From IMG/VR virus record IMGVR_UViG_3300028048_000002, positions 98,818-162,817 of that record: DNA of 64,000 bases. One strand, given 5' to 3'. Positions 28,462-36,967 of the stretch are shown piece by piece. The notes below the pieces were generated by a model that had not been told where the DNA came from, did not search any database, and saw only the letters and a list, made by a program, of their open reading frames with translations. The stretch's first letter is position 1, and every line of letters begins with the position of its first letter. Origin of the DNA: a virus. Lineage: Duplodnaviria > Caudoviricetes. The position numbers and the translations under genes are program-made.

Positions 28462-28530
28462 TATGCCTTTTGCAATAGCTACCGAAGCAACTAAGCTTTA
28501 ACAGACTCTCCGAAGATTACTGAGGGCATA
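28462..28530 (-). ncRNA. Unrecognised three-way-junction RNA, copy B
   Basis: UAUGCC-CU-CAG-UAA-UC(UUCG)GAG-AGU-CUG-UUAAA-GC..(UUCG)..GC-AAAA-GGCAUA; two C(UUCG)G tetraloops indicate the minus strand. Confidence 0.7.
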
Positions 28531-28544
28531 TACTGAATAACTAT

Positions 28545-28618
28545 TGGAGCCGATAGCAGGAATCGAACCCGCATATACGCATTACAAGTGCGTTGTTCTA
28601 CCATTAAACTATATCGGC
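28545..28618 (-). tRNA. tRNA-Thr(UGU)
   Basis: GCCGAUA/UAUCGGC acceptor, ACGCA-CUUGUAA-UGCGU, CCA end. Confidence 0.95.
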
Positions 28619-28619
28619 C

Positions 28620-28708
28620 TGGCGGAGGATGTAGGATTCGAACCTACGGAGGCTATTAACCTCGACAGTTTTCAAGACTGCTTCCTTAGACCTCTCGGAC
28701 AATCCTCC
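28620..28708 (-). tRNA. tRNA-Ser(UGA)
   Basis: GGAGGAU/AUCCUCC acceptor, loop CUUGAAA, long variable arm, GCCA end. Confidence 0.95.
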
Positions 28709-28772
28709 ATATTAAAGAACTCCATGTATACTCCAAATCTATAATTAATACAGAAATAATCTGCTAACTATC

Positions 28773-28848
28773 TGGTGGATCCGGTGGGACTCGAACCCAC
28801 GGTCTCGAGATTAAAAGTCTCTTGCTTTTCCATCTAAGCTACGGATCC
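28773..28848 (-). tRNA. tRNA-Lys(UUU)
   Basis: GGAUCCG/CGGAUCC acceptor, loop CUUUUAA, ACCA end. Confidence 0.95.
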
Positions 28849-28851
28849 AAC

Positions 28852-28926
28852 TGGTGCCCCTTGTAGGACTCGAACTCACGGTCTTAGTATTAAAAGTCCT
28901 TTCTTTGCCAACTAAGCTACGGAGTC
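28852..28926 (-). pseudogene. Chimeric tRNA pseudogene: 5' Lys(UUU)-like body joined to the 3' end of an Arg-like tRNA
   Basis: 5' GACUCCG does not pair properly with 3' AAGGGGC-ACCA; T stem GUGAG/CCUAC is mismatched; anticodon stem degenerate. Confidence 0.75.
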
Positions 28927-28956
28927 TTTTCAACTATCTTATAAATATGTAACAAA

Positions 28957-29598
28957 TTACTTTTTCATCCAATTGTAAGTTCTACCTCGTCTAAATCCTT
29001 CAGGAATTTTATCGTTCTTATTTATCTTCTTATTCACATCCCCATTAGTTATCCAAATTGTTCCATATTGGGAATTTGAAGCATCTAAAGCTTTTAACGA
29101 ATTCAAACGATTTTCTTCTTTTTTAGTTTCTAATAATTTGTGCATATCTATACGTGGCTGCACATTTAAATTTTCAAGCTTTTTCAAAACATACTCAGCC
29201 TCATACTCAACAGCATAATCAATATTACGTATTTGTAAATTCTTAGGTAAATTTAAACGAAAAGATCTAACTGTACGTTTTTTATCATTATCAATCAGAT
29301 AACATATACCATCTAAATATGTACCAAAAAATTCAAAATCATCTAATTCATAAGAAACAGAAATTAACTTTGTGTTTAAATTACCTTGTTGCTTTTGACA
29401 ATAAATATAAAATTTTCCATTTTCTTTTACAGCATGTTTAACTTGAACTCTATATAATTTCTTATTAAATTCAAAAATTAAATCATAAGGAGAGCATTCT
29501 CCTAAAGGAAAACTTACATTGCAACCTAACTGCATTAAAGCCGTAGCAACTTGATACTCAATTATAGTTCCACGAATTTTAGGATGAAGATTTTTCAT
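28957..29598 (-). CDS. Free-standing PD-(D/E)XK homing endonuclease (group I intron-associated family) with C-terminal DNA-binding module
   Basis: G.I.E..V...L...G..VS.P.GE.SPYDLI.....KLYRVQVK; C-terminal NSQYGTIWITNG...IPEGFRRGR typical of phage homing endonucleases. Confidence 0.8.
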   Translation of the reverse strand: MKNLHPKIRGTIIEYQVATALMQLGCNVSFPLGECSPYDLIFEFNKKLYRVQVKHAVKENGKFYIYCQKQQGNLNTKLISVSYELDDFEFFGTYLDGICYLIDNDKKRTVRSFRLNLPKNLQIRNIDYAVEYEAEYVLKKLENLNVQPRIDMHKLLETKKEENRLNSLKALDASNSQYGTIWITNGDVNKKINKNDKIPEGFRRGRTYNWMKK

Positions 29599-29620
29599 AG
29601 TTTACTCCTTGATAGTAAAC

Positions 29621-29698
29621 AATACCTAAATGAGCTTGACAATCAAGGCATCATTATCTCAACTAGTAGCTAGCTAGTTGCTACCTCATTTAGATATT
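29621..29698 (-). promoter_or_regulatory. Structured leader upstream of the endonuclease gene
   Basis: Outer stem AUCUAAAUGAG/CUCAUUUAGGU encloses hairpins CAACUAG-CUAGCUA-CUAGUUG and CUUGA-UUG-UCAAG, about 10 nt before the AAGGAG RBS. Confidence 0.5.
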
Positions 29699-29734
29699 TT
29701 ATGATAAGTTGACACATTAGTCAACTTGATCAGC

Positions 29735-29809
29735 TGGTGCCCCTACGAAGAGTCGAACTCCGATTCTAGGTTTAGAGGACCTATGTCTTATCCATTAGAC
29801 GATAGGGGC
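29735..29809 (-). tRNA. tRNA-Arg(UCU) with atypical C33
   Basis: GCCCCUA/UAGGGGC acceptor, D-loop A20, UAGGU-CCUCUAA-ACCUA, ACCA end. Confidence 0.88.
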
Positions 29810-29812
29810 ATA

Positions 29813-29834
29813 TTATCCATTGAGCTAAAGGGGC
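29813..29834 (-). pseudogene. Orphan 5' fragment of an Arg-like tRNA
   Basis: GCCCCUU-UA-GCUC-AAUGGAUAA; its acceptor strand pairs 7/7 with AAGGGGC at the 3' end of the chimera at 28852. Confidence 0.7.
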
Positions 29835-29836
29835 AT

Positions 29837-29919
29837 ATCTTACTACTAGGTATTCTGTTTTCAAGCCATCTCTCAGAAACTTATGTTATTTACGTTATAT
29901 AACCACCTAGTAGTAAGAT
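29837..29919 (-). ncRNA. Structured element closed by a perfect 15 bp stem, between a TCGTTA motif and the first tRNA
   Basis: AUCUUACUACUAGGU/ACCUAGUAGUAAGAU enclosing a 53 nt interior. Confidence 0.45.
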
Positions 29920-29962
29920 TACTGTATATTATAACGATTCTTTAAAACTCTTTGTCACAATT

Positions 29963-30313
29963 TTATGAAGTAACTTTAAGTTCTCCGTATTTACAATACA
30001 TAACCGCACTATCTTCAATAGAAATTCCTAACATAGCACAATCGTTTTCCTTAAACCACTTACAATTTTTGCAAAGAACTACTCTCACTAAACCTAGCGG
30101 TAATGACTCCATATCACGTACAAGTCTCCGAACAAATTCTTGCGCATCATTATAACCCTCTGCATAATGTTTAGAAATTATTGAATTTAAACTATCAATA
30201 TCTATATAACGTTTTGATACAATGACACCATTATGATTTTTTTGTGCTATGATGTAATCCGGCCATTCATCAATATCCCAATTATCTCCTAAAAAACAAT
30301 TTGTACAAATCAT
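29963..30313 (-). CDS. Hypothetical protein with Cys motifs
   Basis: CxxC at the N-terminus and VVLCKNCKWF...YCKYGE, a phage small-protein motif. Confidence 0.55.
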   Translation of the reverse strand: MICTNCFLGDNWDIDEWPDYIIAQKNHNGVIVSKRYIDIDSLNSIISKHYAEGYNDAQEFVRRLVRDMESLPLGLVRVVLCKNCKWFKENDCAMLGISIEDSAVMYCKYGELKVTS

Positions 30314-31012
30314 CTAAACAAACCTATCAATATCAATTACAGTGGATAGTTTGATCTTAATTTTTTCAGGAGCATAACTTGATAGCTCTTGAATAACCTT
30401 CTGTCGATAACTTTTATCCCGAGTATTACCTGTTATATATCCTTGATTTTTCAAAGAACGGACAACTTGACACTCAGTAACTTCTCCTAAGCTAAACTCT
30501 AGATATAATTGAAGATCTCCAGACAATTGATTAAAGAAATTTTGAAGGATCTCAGATTCATAAGAATCCTCAAAATTAAAATCATCACCTAAGAAGTCAA
30601 ACCAACTAATTTCATCATCACCGGCTTCGAATCTTTCTGAAACTTCTTTGTGATATCGATCTTTATTTTTTGTAGGATCAATACAGATGCAATAAAAGCA
30701 ATTATAGGCAACCTTATAGATATATTTAGGATCAAATCTCTTCTTATCAGCTTCAATCTTACTTATATTTTTAGAAAGATACTGATTTATTGTTTCAATT
30801 CCCTCTTCCTCAATTGACCAAGGAGTTTTTACTTTATACCAAGCTAGCGTAATTTCATTATAGAATTGACAATACAAAGCTGCAATTTTAAAAGATTGCG
30901 GCAACCTCATCCATTTATTGTAAGTAAGAGGTTTTGAATAATTGATATATTCACGATATAATTTATACGTGTTAAAAAATTCTGAATTAGAATCTATGAT
31001 TATAGCTGACAT
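30314..31012 (-). CDS. Phage sigma-factor-like protein (ECF region 2-like)
   Basis: ALY..FY..I...EE..E...Y......FD..YIYKVAYN pattern; preceded by a host-type promoter and AAGGAGG RBS. Confidence 0.5.
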   Translation of the reverse strand: MSAIIIDSNSEFFNTYKLYREYINYSKPLTYNKWMRLPQSFKIAALYCQFYNEITLAWYKVKTPWSIEEEGIETINQYLSKNISKIEADKKRFDPKYIYKVAYNCFYCICIDPTKNKDRYHKEVSERFEAGDDEISWFDFLGDDFNFEDSYESEILQNFFNQLSGDLQLYLEFSLGEVTECQVVRSLKNQGYITGNTRDKSYRQKVIQELSSYAPEKIKIKLSTVIDIDRFV

Positions 31013-31056
31013 AATTCCTCCTTGTAGAGTTTTGATACGTTAAAATTATGTATTAT

Positions 31057-31084
31057 ATTCTATGTTATATCATGACGATGTCAA
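31057..31084 (-). promoter_or_regulatory. Sigma70-type early promoter
   Basis: TTGACA-16 nt-TAGAAT. Confidence 0.6.
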
Positions 31085-31106
31085 TACCATTAATGAATAA
31101 AATTGA

Positions 31107-32105
31107 TTAAATTTTTTGAGCATAAATATTTATAAACTCTTGTTGATTAAGATCATTTATATCTTTACCTTGTGGTATATTTAATTGACGAATAATAGCT
31201 ACTTGCTTCAAAGCTTTTCGTAATTTATTGCAGCCTCGTTGGCCTGCTTCATCAGGGTCTAACCCTAAAACAAATTCTCTTATACCTAAAAGTTTAAGCT
31301 GAGATATTTGTAATTGAGTTCCTGTGCCTAAAAGTGCTATAGCAGGGTACCCATATACCCAACATGTTAAAGCATTAAATATACTCTCACATATTATAAC
31401 AGATTTATTGTAATCACCTAGTTCATATAATCCATATATAGGTTTTTCTATACCTGATGGCATATAGAAGTTTTTAGTTTTAATAGCTCTTCTATAAATA
31501 AACAACGTTTTACCATGTACATCCCTAACAGGAAAAGTTATACATGGAACCTCACGAACTTTACCGGAAGGAATATAGTGTAAATCTACTCCTACATCAA
31601 ATTTCTGAATTATTTCATCAGTAAGTTTTCTATCATACATATATGGTACAGTATATCTATAATTAGCAAGCTCCTCTTCGGATACATATGAATCTGATTG
31701 TAAGTTAAATGAATTAATATAATCTACCGCATAAAAAGCATTTAGCTTTTGTATTACATTTCTAGGAATAAGATAATCAAACTCAGCTGCTTCTGGATTA
31801 AAACCCGGTATGTTTTCAATAAGCCATTCAAGACCAGATTGATTAGAAATTCCTTTAACAGCTAAAATATCGGATATCATATCTGTAATGGGTTTAGCAT
31901 AACTGCAAGAAAAACAGTGCACAAATCCTTCAGGATATTTTTGACCGTTTCGAAATTCCTCCTTCAAAAGGACACCACATGAAGGTTTACGCTCATTTCC
32001 ATCATTATGAATAGGGCAATAAATTGAATACCAATTACCAATCTGTTTATTTAATCTTATCAAATTCAACTCAGCAAGTTTGTTCAATATAGCAATAATA
32101 TCCAT
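31107..32105 (-). CDS. dnaG: DNA primase (DnaG-like, CHC2 Zn finger plus TOPRIM)
   Basis: CPIH...E..PS...HCFSC; ICESIFNAL, LGLDPDEAG, KDIND. Confidence 0.9.
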   Translation of the reverse strand: MDIIAILNKLAELNLIRLNKQIGNWYSIYCPIHNDGNERKPSCGVLLKEEFRNGQKYPEGFVHCFSCSYAKPITDMISDILAVKGISNQSGLEWLIENIPGFNPEAAEFDYLIPRNVIQKLNAFYAVDYINSFNLQSDSYVSEEELANYRYTVPYMYDRKLTDEIIQKFDVGVDLHYIPSGKVREVPCITFPVRDVHGKTLFIYRRAIKTKNFYMPSGIEKPIYGLYELGDYNKSVIICESIFNALTCWVYGYPAIALLGTGTQLQISQLKLLGIREFVLGLDPDEAGQRGCNKLRKALKQVAIIRQLNIPQGKDINDLNQQEFINIYAQKI

Positions 32106-32115
32106 ACAAATCTAC

Positions 32116-33483
32116 CTAGAATTCTACATCATCATAATCTTCTTCATCTAAAATACTTGCTTCTTCTGAGGGTTCAGATTCCATATTTAACGTAGTAGTA
32201 AGCTGTGTAGTAACCATAGGTGTTCTAAAATCTCCACTTACAGCTGCTGGGCCTAAAGACCCAGAAGACTCAGTATATTCAAGGGACCCGGTATTAAAAT
32301 CTACTACATAAGCTAATACAGGTTTTTCATTTCTAGCATTACGTGATTTTTCAAGACGCAATTCAATGATATGCTGCTCATGTAGTTGCCTAAACGCAAA
32401 AGCTTGCGTTGCAATACGAGCTGGATGATCACTTCCACTGATATTATATAGATTGGGAAAAGGCTCACCATTTTCATCTCTGTTTTCCCGAGTTTCTCTA
32501 TTAGCTTGCACCGCTGCAACTACAGCGCACCCATATGCTTTAGATAATCGGAACAAATCATCACATATTTCTTTGTATTTTAAGGATTCATTATTATATC
32601 TTTCATTTGAGGCTAGATAAGACAAACCGTCCACAATCAATAGCTTACTATGATGCTTTTTGACTAAAATTTCAAGATCATGAACAGTAGTCCTCCCTCC
32701 AGACATATCGGAATCTTCTACAACAATAGCAGGTGTTGTATCTTCAGCCAGAGTAGAAAGATAATCACGATACTCATCGCTGTATATTCCGCGAAACAAA
32801 TCACTATTTCTGAAATGCCCTTTCCAGGTATCAAATCTAGTACCGATAAAAGAAGATTGCATTTCAGGACTATAATAAATTACAGGAAAACCATTACGTT
32901 GAGCTGATTCCATAAATTTTGTACACAACCAGGACTTTCCTGCGTTTGTTCTAGCTACAATTACCAAAAACTCTTCAACTGTAGATAGCCCTCCATACAT
33001 TAATTCATCAATTTCTTTAAACCCTGTAGGTATACGCGTTTGCTTATTGAAATCAATAATTTGCTGAGCACGTTCTTGTGCAGATTTTACAATATCAACA
33101 GGACTATGTGTATCTAATTCACTAGCTTTTTCACATTGCCTATTTAAATATTCCCAAGCTTCTCTAACATCTCCTGAACCTAAATCTGCTAATTTATTAA
33201 AAGTTTCAAGAAATAAAAGTTGCTGTTTATTTTTCTTTAACTCTTCTTCTAAATAAGATATAGGTTCATTAACTTCTACAATTACTAAATCTTCAAAATG
33301 AGCTTGAAAGGTAAAAAGATCTGGAACTTTACCTGTTTTATCTTTATGATCTAGTATGAACTCAATTTGTTTATCTAAAATTCCGTAATAAGATGAATCA
33401 TATGCACAAAGTTTTTCAATCTCATACTCATCATCACTTACAAGCAGTTTTGAAATAACTTGAAGTTCAATAGAGTTTGTCAT
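32116..33483 (-). CDS. dnaB: Replicative helicase (DnaB-like)
   Basis: IPTGF..ID...GGL, ARTNAGKS, SPEM, LIVDGL, AVQANR, KSRN. Confidence 0.9.
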   Translation of the reverse strand: MTNSIELQVISKLLVSDDEYEIEKLCAYDSSYYGILDKQIEFILDHKDKTGKVPDLFTFQAHFEDLVIVEVNEPISYLEEELKKNKQQLLFLETFNKLADLGSGDVREAWEYLNRQCEKASELDTHSPVDIVKSAQERAQQIIDFNKQTRIPTGFKEIDELMYGGLSTVEEFLVIVARTNAGKSWLCTKFMESAQRNGFPVIYYSPEMQSSFIGTRFDTWKGHFRNSDLFRGIYSDEYRDYLSTLAEDTTPAIVVEDSDMSGGRTTVHDLEILVKKHHSKLLIVDGLSYLASNERYNNESLKYKEICDDLFRLSKAYGCAVVAAVQANRETRENRDENGEPFPNLYNISGSDHPARIATQAFAFRQLHEQHIIELRLEKSRNARNEKPVLAYVVDFNTGSLEYTESSGSLGPAAVSGDFRTPMVTTQLTTTLNMESEPSEEASILDEEDYDDVEF

Positions 33484-34121
33484 AATTTAACACCTCGTAA
33501 CTTCAATTCATTTCGTAACTTTGAATAAAACATACTTTCTTGCTTACCTGGAAGAGCAAACCTGCCTTTATCTAAAACAATAATTGTGTATCTTTCAGGT
33601 TCATATCTTTCTTGAAGAATTGAAAGTAAAAGTTGAGATTCAAAATCACCAAATTTAACTAGACCTAAGTTTGTAATTATCAGATATTTAGAAGATCTAA
33701 TCCATATTTTCATATCTTCTAAATCTGTAGCGTTGTACCGATTATTCCAGCTTTTCTTAGTTTCATCTAAATAATCAGCAAAATCAAGTTTGTAAGTACC
33801 ATTATAGAACCCAGCATCTTTACAATATCTAGTTATTGCAAGATACGTAACTAAATCAGCAATTAATAATGGCTTATTTCCACTATATACACTCATAGTA
33901 GTAAAACTAGATTCAGGAAGATTATCTTCTGCAGCTTTCTTAATCAAAGTATCTGCTAAAGAAATCTGATCTAAAGAAGCTTTTATAGCTGGATTATTTA
34001 AGCTGATTTTACATCTATTAGTCCAATGGGAATACTCAGCAAACACTTTACAAGAAAAATCACAAATTAATCTTTTACAGCTACTAGTATATGGACAATT
34101 AAGCATAAGGCTCTTCCACAT
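33480..34121 (-). CDS. DnaC/IstB-like helicase loader (degenerate P-loop)
   Basis: N-terminal Cys cluster; YLIITNLG...L.SILQERY...TII resembles DnaC LLIIDDLG...IIDERY; adjacent to dnaB. Confidence 0.5.
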   Translation of the reverse strand: MWKSLMLNCPYTSSCKRLICDFSCKVFAEYSHWTNRCKISLNNPAIKASLDQISLADTLIKKAAEDNLPESSFTTMSVYSGNKPLLIADLVTYLAITRYCKDAGFYNGTYKLDFADYLDETKKSWNNRYNATDLEDMKIWIRSSKYLIITNLGLVKFGDFESQLLLSILQERYEPERYTIIVLDKGRFALPGKQESMFYSKLRNELKLRGVKL

Positions 34122-35319
34122 CTAATTTTTTTAAAATTGGATTTCTAGTAAATGCAAACGATCTTCTTGCTTCAATACATTTTTTTCCAATTTCAAGGGG
34201 ATCATATCCATATTTTTCATAATATGCAGGATTAGCATATAATGTAAGAAATGGTTTTAACGAACCTCGCATCTTATACTTATGTTCTACACCGTTATTG
34301 CTATCTAATATATACTTTCTCACCACATATTCATTCATGAAAGATTCTGTTTTAGGAAGATTTTTAGTATCAGGAAGCTCAGACCAAACAGATGTTGTAG
34401 GATAAATTTCACCGTTTAGTTCAATATGTTTCCAAAACGGCAATAACGTCTCTACACCTTTCACTTTAACTATCCTATCAAGCCCCTCAAGGTGTGGGTA
34501 CTCAATAATATTTTTGATTATTTGAGACTTCGTGTATCCAGAAATCTTAAAAACTGTTCCCAAATCTTCATCATACTCAGTATTATCATATTTCTGATAC
34601 AAATACTGAGATCGAGTATAAACTCTTATATCGGGAAATAAATTCAATATGTCTGATGTACTGAATTTAGAGATATCACTGACAGCGGTTATTTGACATT
34701 GAGCCCAAGGAACAACTGCATCTCCATAAATACAATATTCTCGACCATCTATTACAGCTGAGTATCTTATATCATTAATATCAGGTTGAGGCATTATCGG
34801 ATGGAATAGATTTAAAGCTTGCACCCAATAATCTAAATCATTTTTAATAGAAACATCTGTAGATACATTTTTAGATGGAAAAGAACTATCAGAAGATTTA
34901 TTCTTTAATAAATCTGTTAAAAATTCAGATTTCTTCGTAGTAGTTATAGAAGTGTCAAAATACAATCGCTTTGGATCTACATAATCGTCTTCTAAAACAT
35001 ATTTTAAATCTTCAATTGAAATTTCAACATTATCAATCCAGTTATCTAAAAAATTTTCTTCCACACATGCTAGTAACGTAGAAACATCAATATAACTTAA
35101 ATCAAAAAAATTGCCATTCTTATAGCAATATTGAGCATAGTTTAAAACATAGCCCAAATACTCTATCAATTTATAATTCTTATCTGAATGAATAATCTCT
35201 AAAACAGAAGAATCACTTAAAGAATTATTAAGTTTTAGTGCAAACGATTGTATAGGACTTCCCGGAATTGAAAATCTATAATCGTTATTAAGCAAATTGA
35301 TAATTTCCATATGCTTCAT
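34099..35319 (-). CDS. Hypothetical protein
   Basis: 406 aa ORF in the replication operon. Confidence 0.65.
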   Translation of the reverse strand: MKHMEIINLLNNDYRFSIPGSPIQSFALKLNNSLSDSSVLEIIHSDKNYKLIEYLGYVLNYAQYCYKNGNFFDLSYIDVSTLLACVEENFLDNWIDNVEISIEDLKYVLEDDYVDPKRLYFDTSITTTKKSEFLTDLLKNKSSDSSFPSKNVSTDVSIKNDLDYWVQALNLFHPIMPQPDINDIRYSAVIDGREYCIYGDAVVPWAQCQITAVSDISKFSTSDILNLFPDIRVYTRSQYLYQKYDNTEYDEDLGTVFKISGYTKSQIIKNIIEYPHLEGLDRIVKVKGVETLLPFWKHIELNGEIYPTTSVWSELPDTKNLPKTESFMNEYVVRKYILDSNNGVEHKYKMRGSLKPFLTLYANPAYYEKYGYDPLEIGKKCIEARRSFAFTRNPILKKLDVEEPYA

Positions 35320-36418
35320 CTAAAATACGTTGAGTACTTTCTACAGATTTATGATATAATGCAATCGAATTTACATAAATTCTATCTACTGCAGCTCGTA
35401 ATTTAAGCCCAAAGTGATTAAATGATAACGATTCAACATCTTTAAGCAACCAATTCATACCAACTGTTGGCAGATATTCACGTCCTTTAAACGTTTTTGA
35501 CGTATAACCAAACTCATCTAATCCTTGCAGCCAAAGCTCTTCATAAATCCTTCTAGAATTTTCTAAGGCTTTTTCAGATAATGTGGATAAGATATCACCG
35601 TTTTTAATACTAAAAAACATGTACCCAACAGATCTAGGGAACGAGTATTTAACATTCCCGGCCTTGACTTGATTTAACCAATCTTCACATTCACATAAGA
35701 ACTCAGAAGTTTCATCCCATTCAAAACTTTGCCCATAAGCAAAAATAAAACTGGCTAAATAATTTCTAAATTGTTTTCTATCAAACTTGTGAATATGATT
35801 TGGATCATATTTGGCATTAAATCTTATAGAAAAATAACTGCTAAGTATCTTAGCAAATCGTTTCATTTCCGGATCGCTAAATTTTAATTCATCTATTTCT
35901 GCTACTTCATGTAAAACAGTTTTAAATTTTTTACAAAAATCTTCACTTAAAGATTTACCTGGAAGTGATTCAGATACAGCAGATTTACACTTGTCAACCT
36001 TGCACTTAGATGACGTAACATCTACAATAGGTTCTATATCTGCTTTTTCATAGCTGCCTGTGTTGTTTTCTATAGGAAATTCGACATTTTTAGAAGTTTT
36101 TTCAGATTCTAAAGTTGCAGATTTAGGCACTAATTCAAAAGATTTTAGAAGTTCAGATAAAAAAGATGCATTTAATTTAGCAATATCTTCTTTTGGAGAT
36201 TCGTAATAATTGCTTCGCACATCTTGATACTTTATATCATCTTTACCTACTTTAGCTAGAGCTTTATTTGCATTCTCTACAATTTGGCAAGCTAAATCTC
36301 GAATTTGTAGTAAATTGTCTACACCCTTTGAATAAAGTGTAGAATCACTATTAGCTTGAATTTCAGTAAACTCAGCACATCTAGCAATACCTCTCAGCGC
36401 ACTTGCTACAACAATCAT
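35288..36418 (-). CDS. Hypothetical protein (first gene of the replication operon)
   Basis: 376 aa ORF with GGAGG RBS. Confidence 0.65.
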   Translation of the reverse strand: MIVVASALRGIARCAEFTEIQANSDSTLYSKGVDNLLQIRDLACQIVENANKALAKVGKDDIKYQDVRSNYYESPKEDIAKLNASFLSELLKSFELVPKSATLESEKTSKNVEFPIENNTGSYEKADIEPIVDVTSSKCKVDKCKSAVSESLPGKSLSEDFCKKFKTVLHEVAEIDELKFSDPEMKRFAKILSSYFSIRFNAKYDPNHIHKFDRKQFRNYLASFIFAYGQSFEWDETSEFLCECEDWLNQVKAGNVKYSFPRSVGYMFFSIKNGDILSTLSEKALENSRRIYEELWLQGLDEFGYTSKTFKGREYLPTVGMNWLLKDVESLSFNHFGLKLRAAVDRIYVNSIALYHKSVESTQRILDEAYGNYQFA

Positions 36419-36459
36419 ACAACCTCCATAAATCGATGAGTTACGTTAATAAACGATTT

Positions 36460-36960
36460 AGACCCTTAGATTTTAGATACCGATAGACAGTGATAATGCA
36501 AGTAAGTAACTACTATGTTAAACGATGAAGATTCAAAAATAAAGAATTAATTCAGAAAGATTAGAAGATAAAGCTAAAATGCTTTATTTTTTTGCTTTTA
36601 TTTAAGGAAGGATTAAGGTAAGCGGTAATATTATTTTAATACTATTTAATTTTATTTTTTATATTATGTAATTTTATTATATACTATGCGGAGTACTAAT
36701 AGAGATTTACAAAAATCATTTTAATTCTTTAAATTTTTATATATTCAGAATCCCCAGCAGAAATGAAGCTATAAAACTAAAAAACAAAAATTCATAAGAA
36801 ACATTACTTAAATTTAAATGATTTTAATAATCCTTAAAATTTAAAATTCTTAAAATTCTAATAACTATTATGCATGCTATAACTCGCTATGTACAGAGCT
36901 AAACCTTTATTAAATAAATTTTTCAATATATAATATCTACTATAGATATCATAAAAAACT
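36460..36960. other. Very AT-rich non-coding gap between divergent genes; candidate replication origin
   Basis: Longest ORF-free, RNA-free gap in the window; TTAAAATT(C) tandem units near 36833-36861; upstream of the loader-helicase-primase operon. Confidence 0.4.
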
Positions 36961-36967
36961 TCTGAAG

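Noticed and set aside
28380-28860. Theta/HDV-like ribozymes at tRNA 3' ends
   Set aside because: Trailers are 1-3 nt or AT-rich and lack the nested double-pseudoknot pattern.
28927-29734. Group I intron around the PD-(D/E)XK endonuclease
   Set aside because: No recognisable P7/catalytic core or sufficient flanking sequence, and the interval between the split halves contains a whole tRNA; a free-standing cassette fits better.
29765-29785. CTCTAAA in the tRNA-Arg loop region suggesting an amber (CUA) suppressor and a recoded genome
   Set aside because: The perfect 5-bp stem places UCU at positions 34-36 and A20 marks Arg. TAG terminates tightly packed genes (e.g. at 2418, 12617, 17646, 21407) and long genes are not fragmented.
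29855-29882. CUGAGAG...GAAA as a hammerhead ribozyme core
   Set aside because: Does not fit CUGANGA, and no credible stem II or NUH site is in register.
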